Source: Desulfuromonadales bacterium (GTDB taxonomy: Bacteria; Desulfobacterota; Desulfuromonadia; Desulfuromonadales; BM103). From it: 64,000 bases of DNA. Where the stretch lies: positions 57,285-121,284 of the forward strand of contig JAQYVY010000002.1 of NCBI GenBank assembly GCA_030145195.1, in the 5' to 3' direction. The number at the start of each line of letters is the position of its first letter. The first letter of the stretch is position 1. The notes beneath the pieces are model-generated. The model searched no databases. It worked only from the letters and a program-made list of their open reading frames with translations, and had not been told where the DNA came from. Below, in pieces: positions 63,660 to 64,000 of this stretch. The position numbers were made by a program, and so were the translations under genes.

Positions 63660-63786
63660 GGGACTGTTCCTCTATATATTCTATTTACCACGAAAACCAC
63701 CAAACACTCGAAGTTCCAGAGGTGAAATCGGAAGAAGTCTTCTGGATCGTCGTTGTTGTTTGGTTTGCTGTTTGATTGTAACCCGT

Positions 63787-64000
63787 TTATGGCTTGTTTT
63801 CTTCGTGGCCCACATGGTTAAGATTTTTACGTCCCACCACCACTCGAGGAATTCCGGCGTAATCATCACGCTGGGAAACTTCACTCAGGCCGACCGTCTC
63901 GAACAGGGCACGAACATCTGCAGCTTGGTCAATACCGACCTCAACCAGCAACCAGCCACCGGGAGTCAGGACTTGCCCGGCCTGGGCGGTAAGCTGGCGA
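63787..64000 (-). CDS. prmC: Release-factor glutamine methyltransferase PrmC/HemK, 3' end only (start lies beyond the window)
   Basis: My own translation of the minus strand: ..PGGWLLVEVGIDQAADVRALFETVGLSEVSQRDDYAGIPRVVVGRKNLNHVGHEENKP, stop at 63787-63789. This fits the C-terminal pattern of HemK-type methyltransferases. It is absent from the ORF track because no start codon lies in the window. Confidence 0.7.
   Translation of the reverse strand, partial: RQLTAQAGQVLTPGGWLLVEVGIDQAADVRALFETVGLSEVSQRDDYAGIPRVVVGRKNLNHVGHEENKP

Noticed and set aside
63681-63884. 67-aa minus-strand ORF between murA and the window end
   Set aside because: It is out of frame with, and overlaps, the much better-supported prmC 3' end (63787-64000). 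Its product has no motif.

Overview
64-kb, GC-rich chromosomal segment. Gene content and synteny look like a Desulfuromonadales/Geobacter-like deltaproteobacterium (inference only). Most of it is core housekeeping: topA (5'-truncated), trmFO, a GAF-GGDEF cyclase, maf, yggS, ettA, pgeF-rluD, elbB, a translationally coupled rubredoxin-lipB-lipA-trxB block, nhaA, the 2-oxoglutarate dehydrogenase genes sucA-sucB-lpdA, an AGCS symporter, a hybrid PAS histidine kinase, rnpB, a tRNA(CAT), yqeY-cvpA-mutS2-dnaG-rpoD, hisGDBHAFE, murA and the 3' end of prmC. The one clearly accessory, functionally unresolved system is a minus-strand locus at about 35.0-42.5 kb. It starts with a sigma-54 PAS activator and a 10-TM membrane protein, followed by a 343-bp spacer packed with TGCAAC/GTTGCA half-sites. 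Next come three NifX-like genes, two MinD-like ATPases with ferredoxin inserts and a DUF5320-like gene. This parts list resembles the Desulfovibrio orange-protein (orp) genes. An IscU-like scaffold and a YkgJ-like Cys-cluster protein follow. Other points worth a second look: a dispersed family of 8-nt-periodic hairpin repeats filling many intergenic spacers (five consecutive his-operon spacers and the sucB-lpdA spacer); a 131-bp palindromic element; a perfect 38-bp tandem duplication next to a possible frameshifted antitoxin relic; two genes missing from the ORF track (rubredoxin and an 8-Cys 59-aa sORF); a DedA/TVP38-flavoprotein disulfide reductase fusion; and a low-GC GFA/DUF1330 islet. I saw no transposase, integrase, CRISPR array or rRNA. 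All family assignments are from motif recognition by eye, with no database search. Where I changed a start, I checked it against the ATG/GTG/TTG codon in the sequence.
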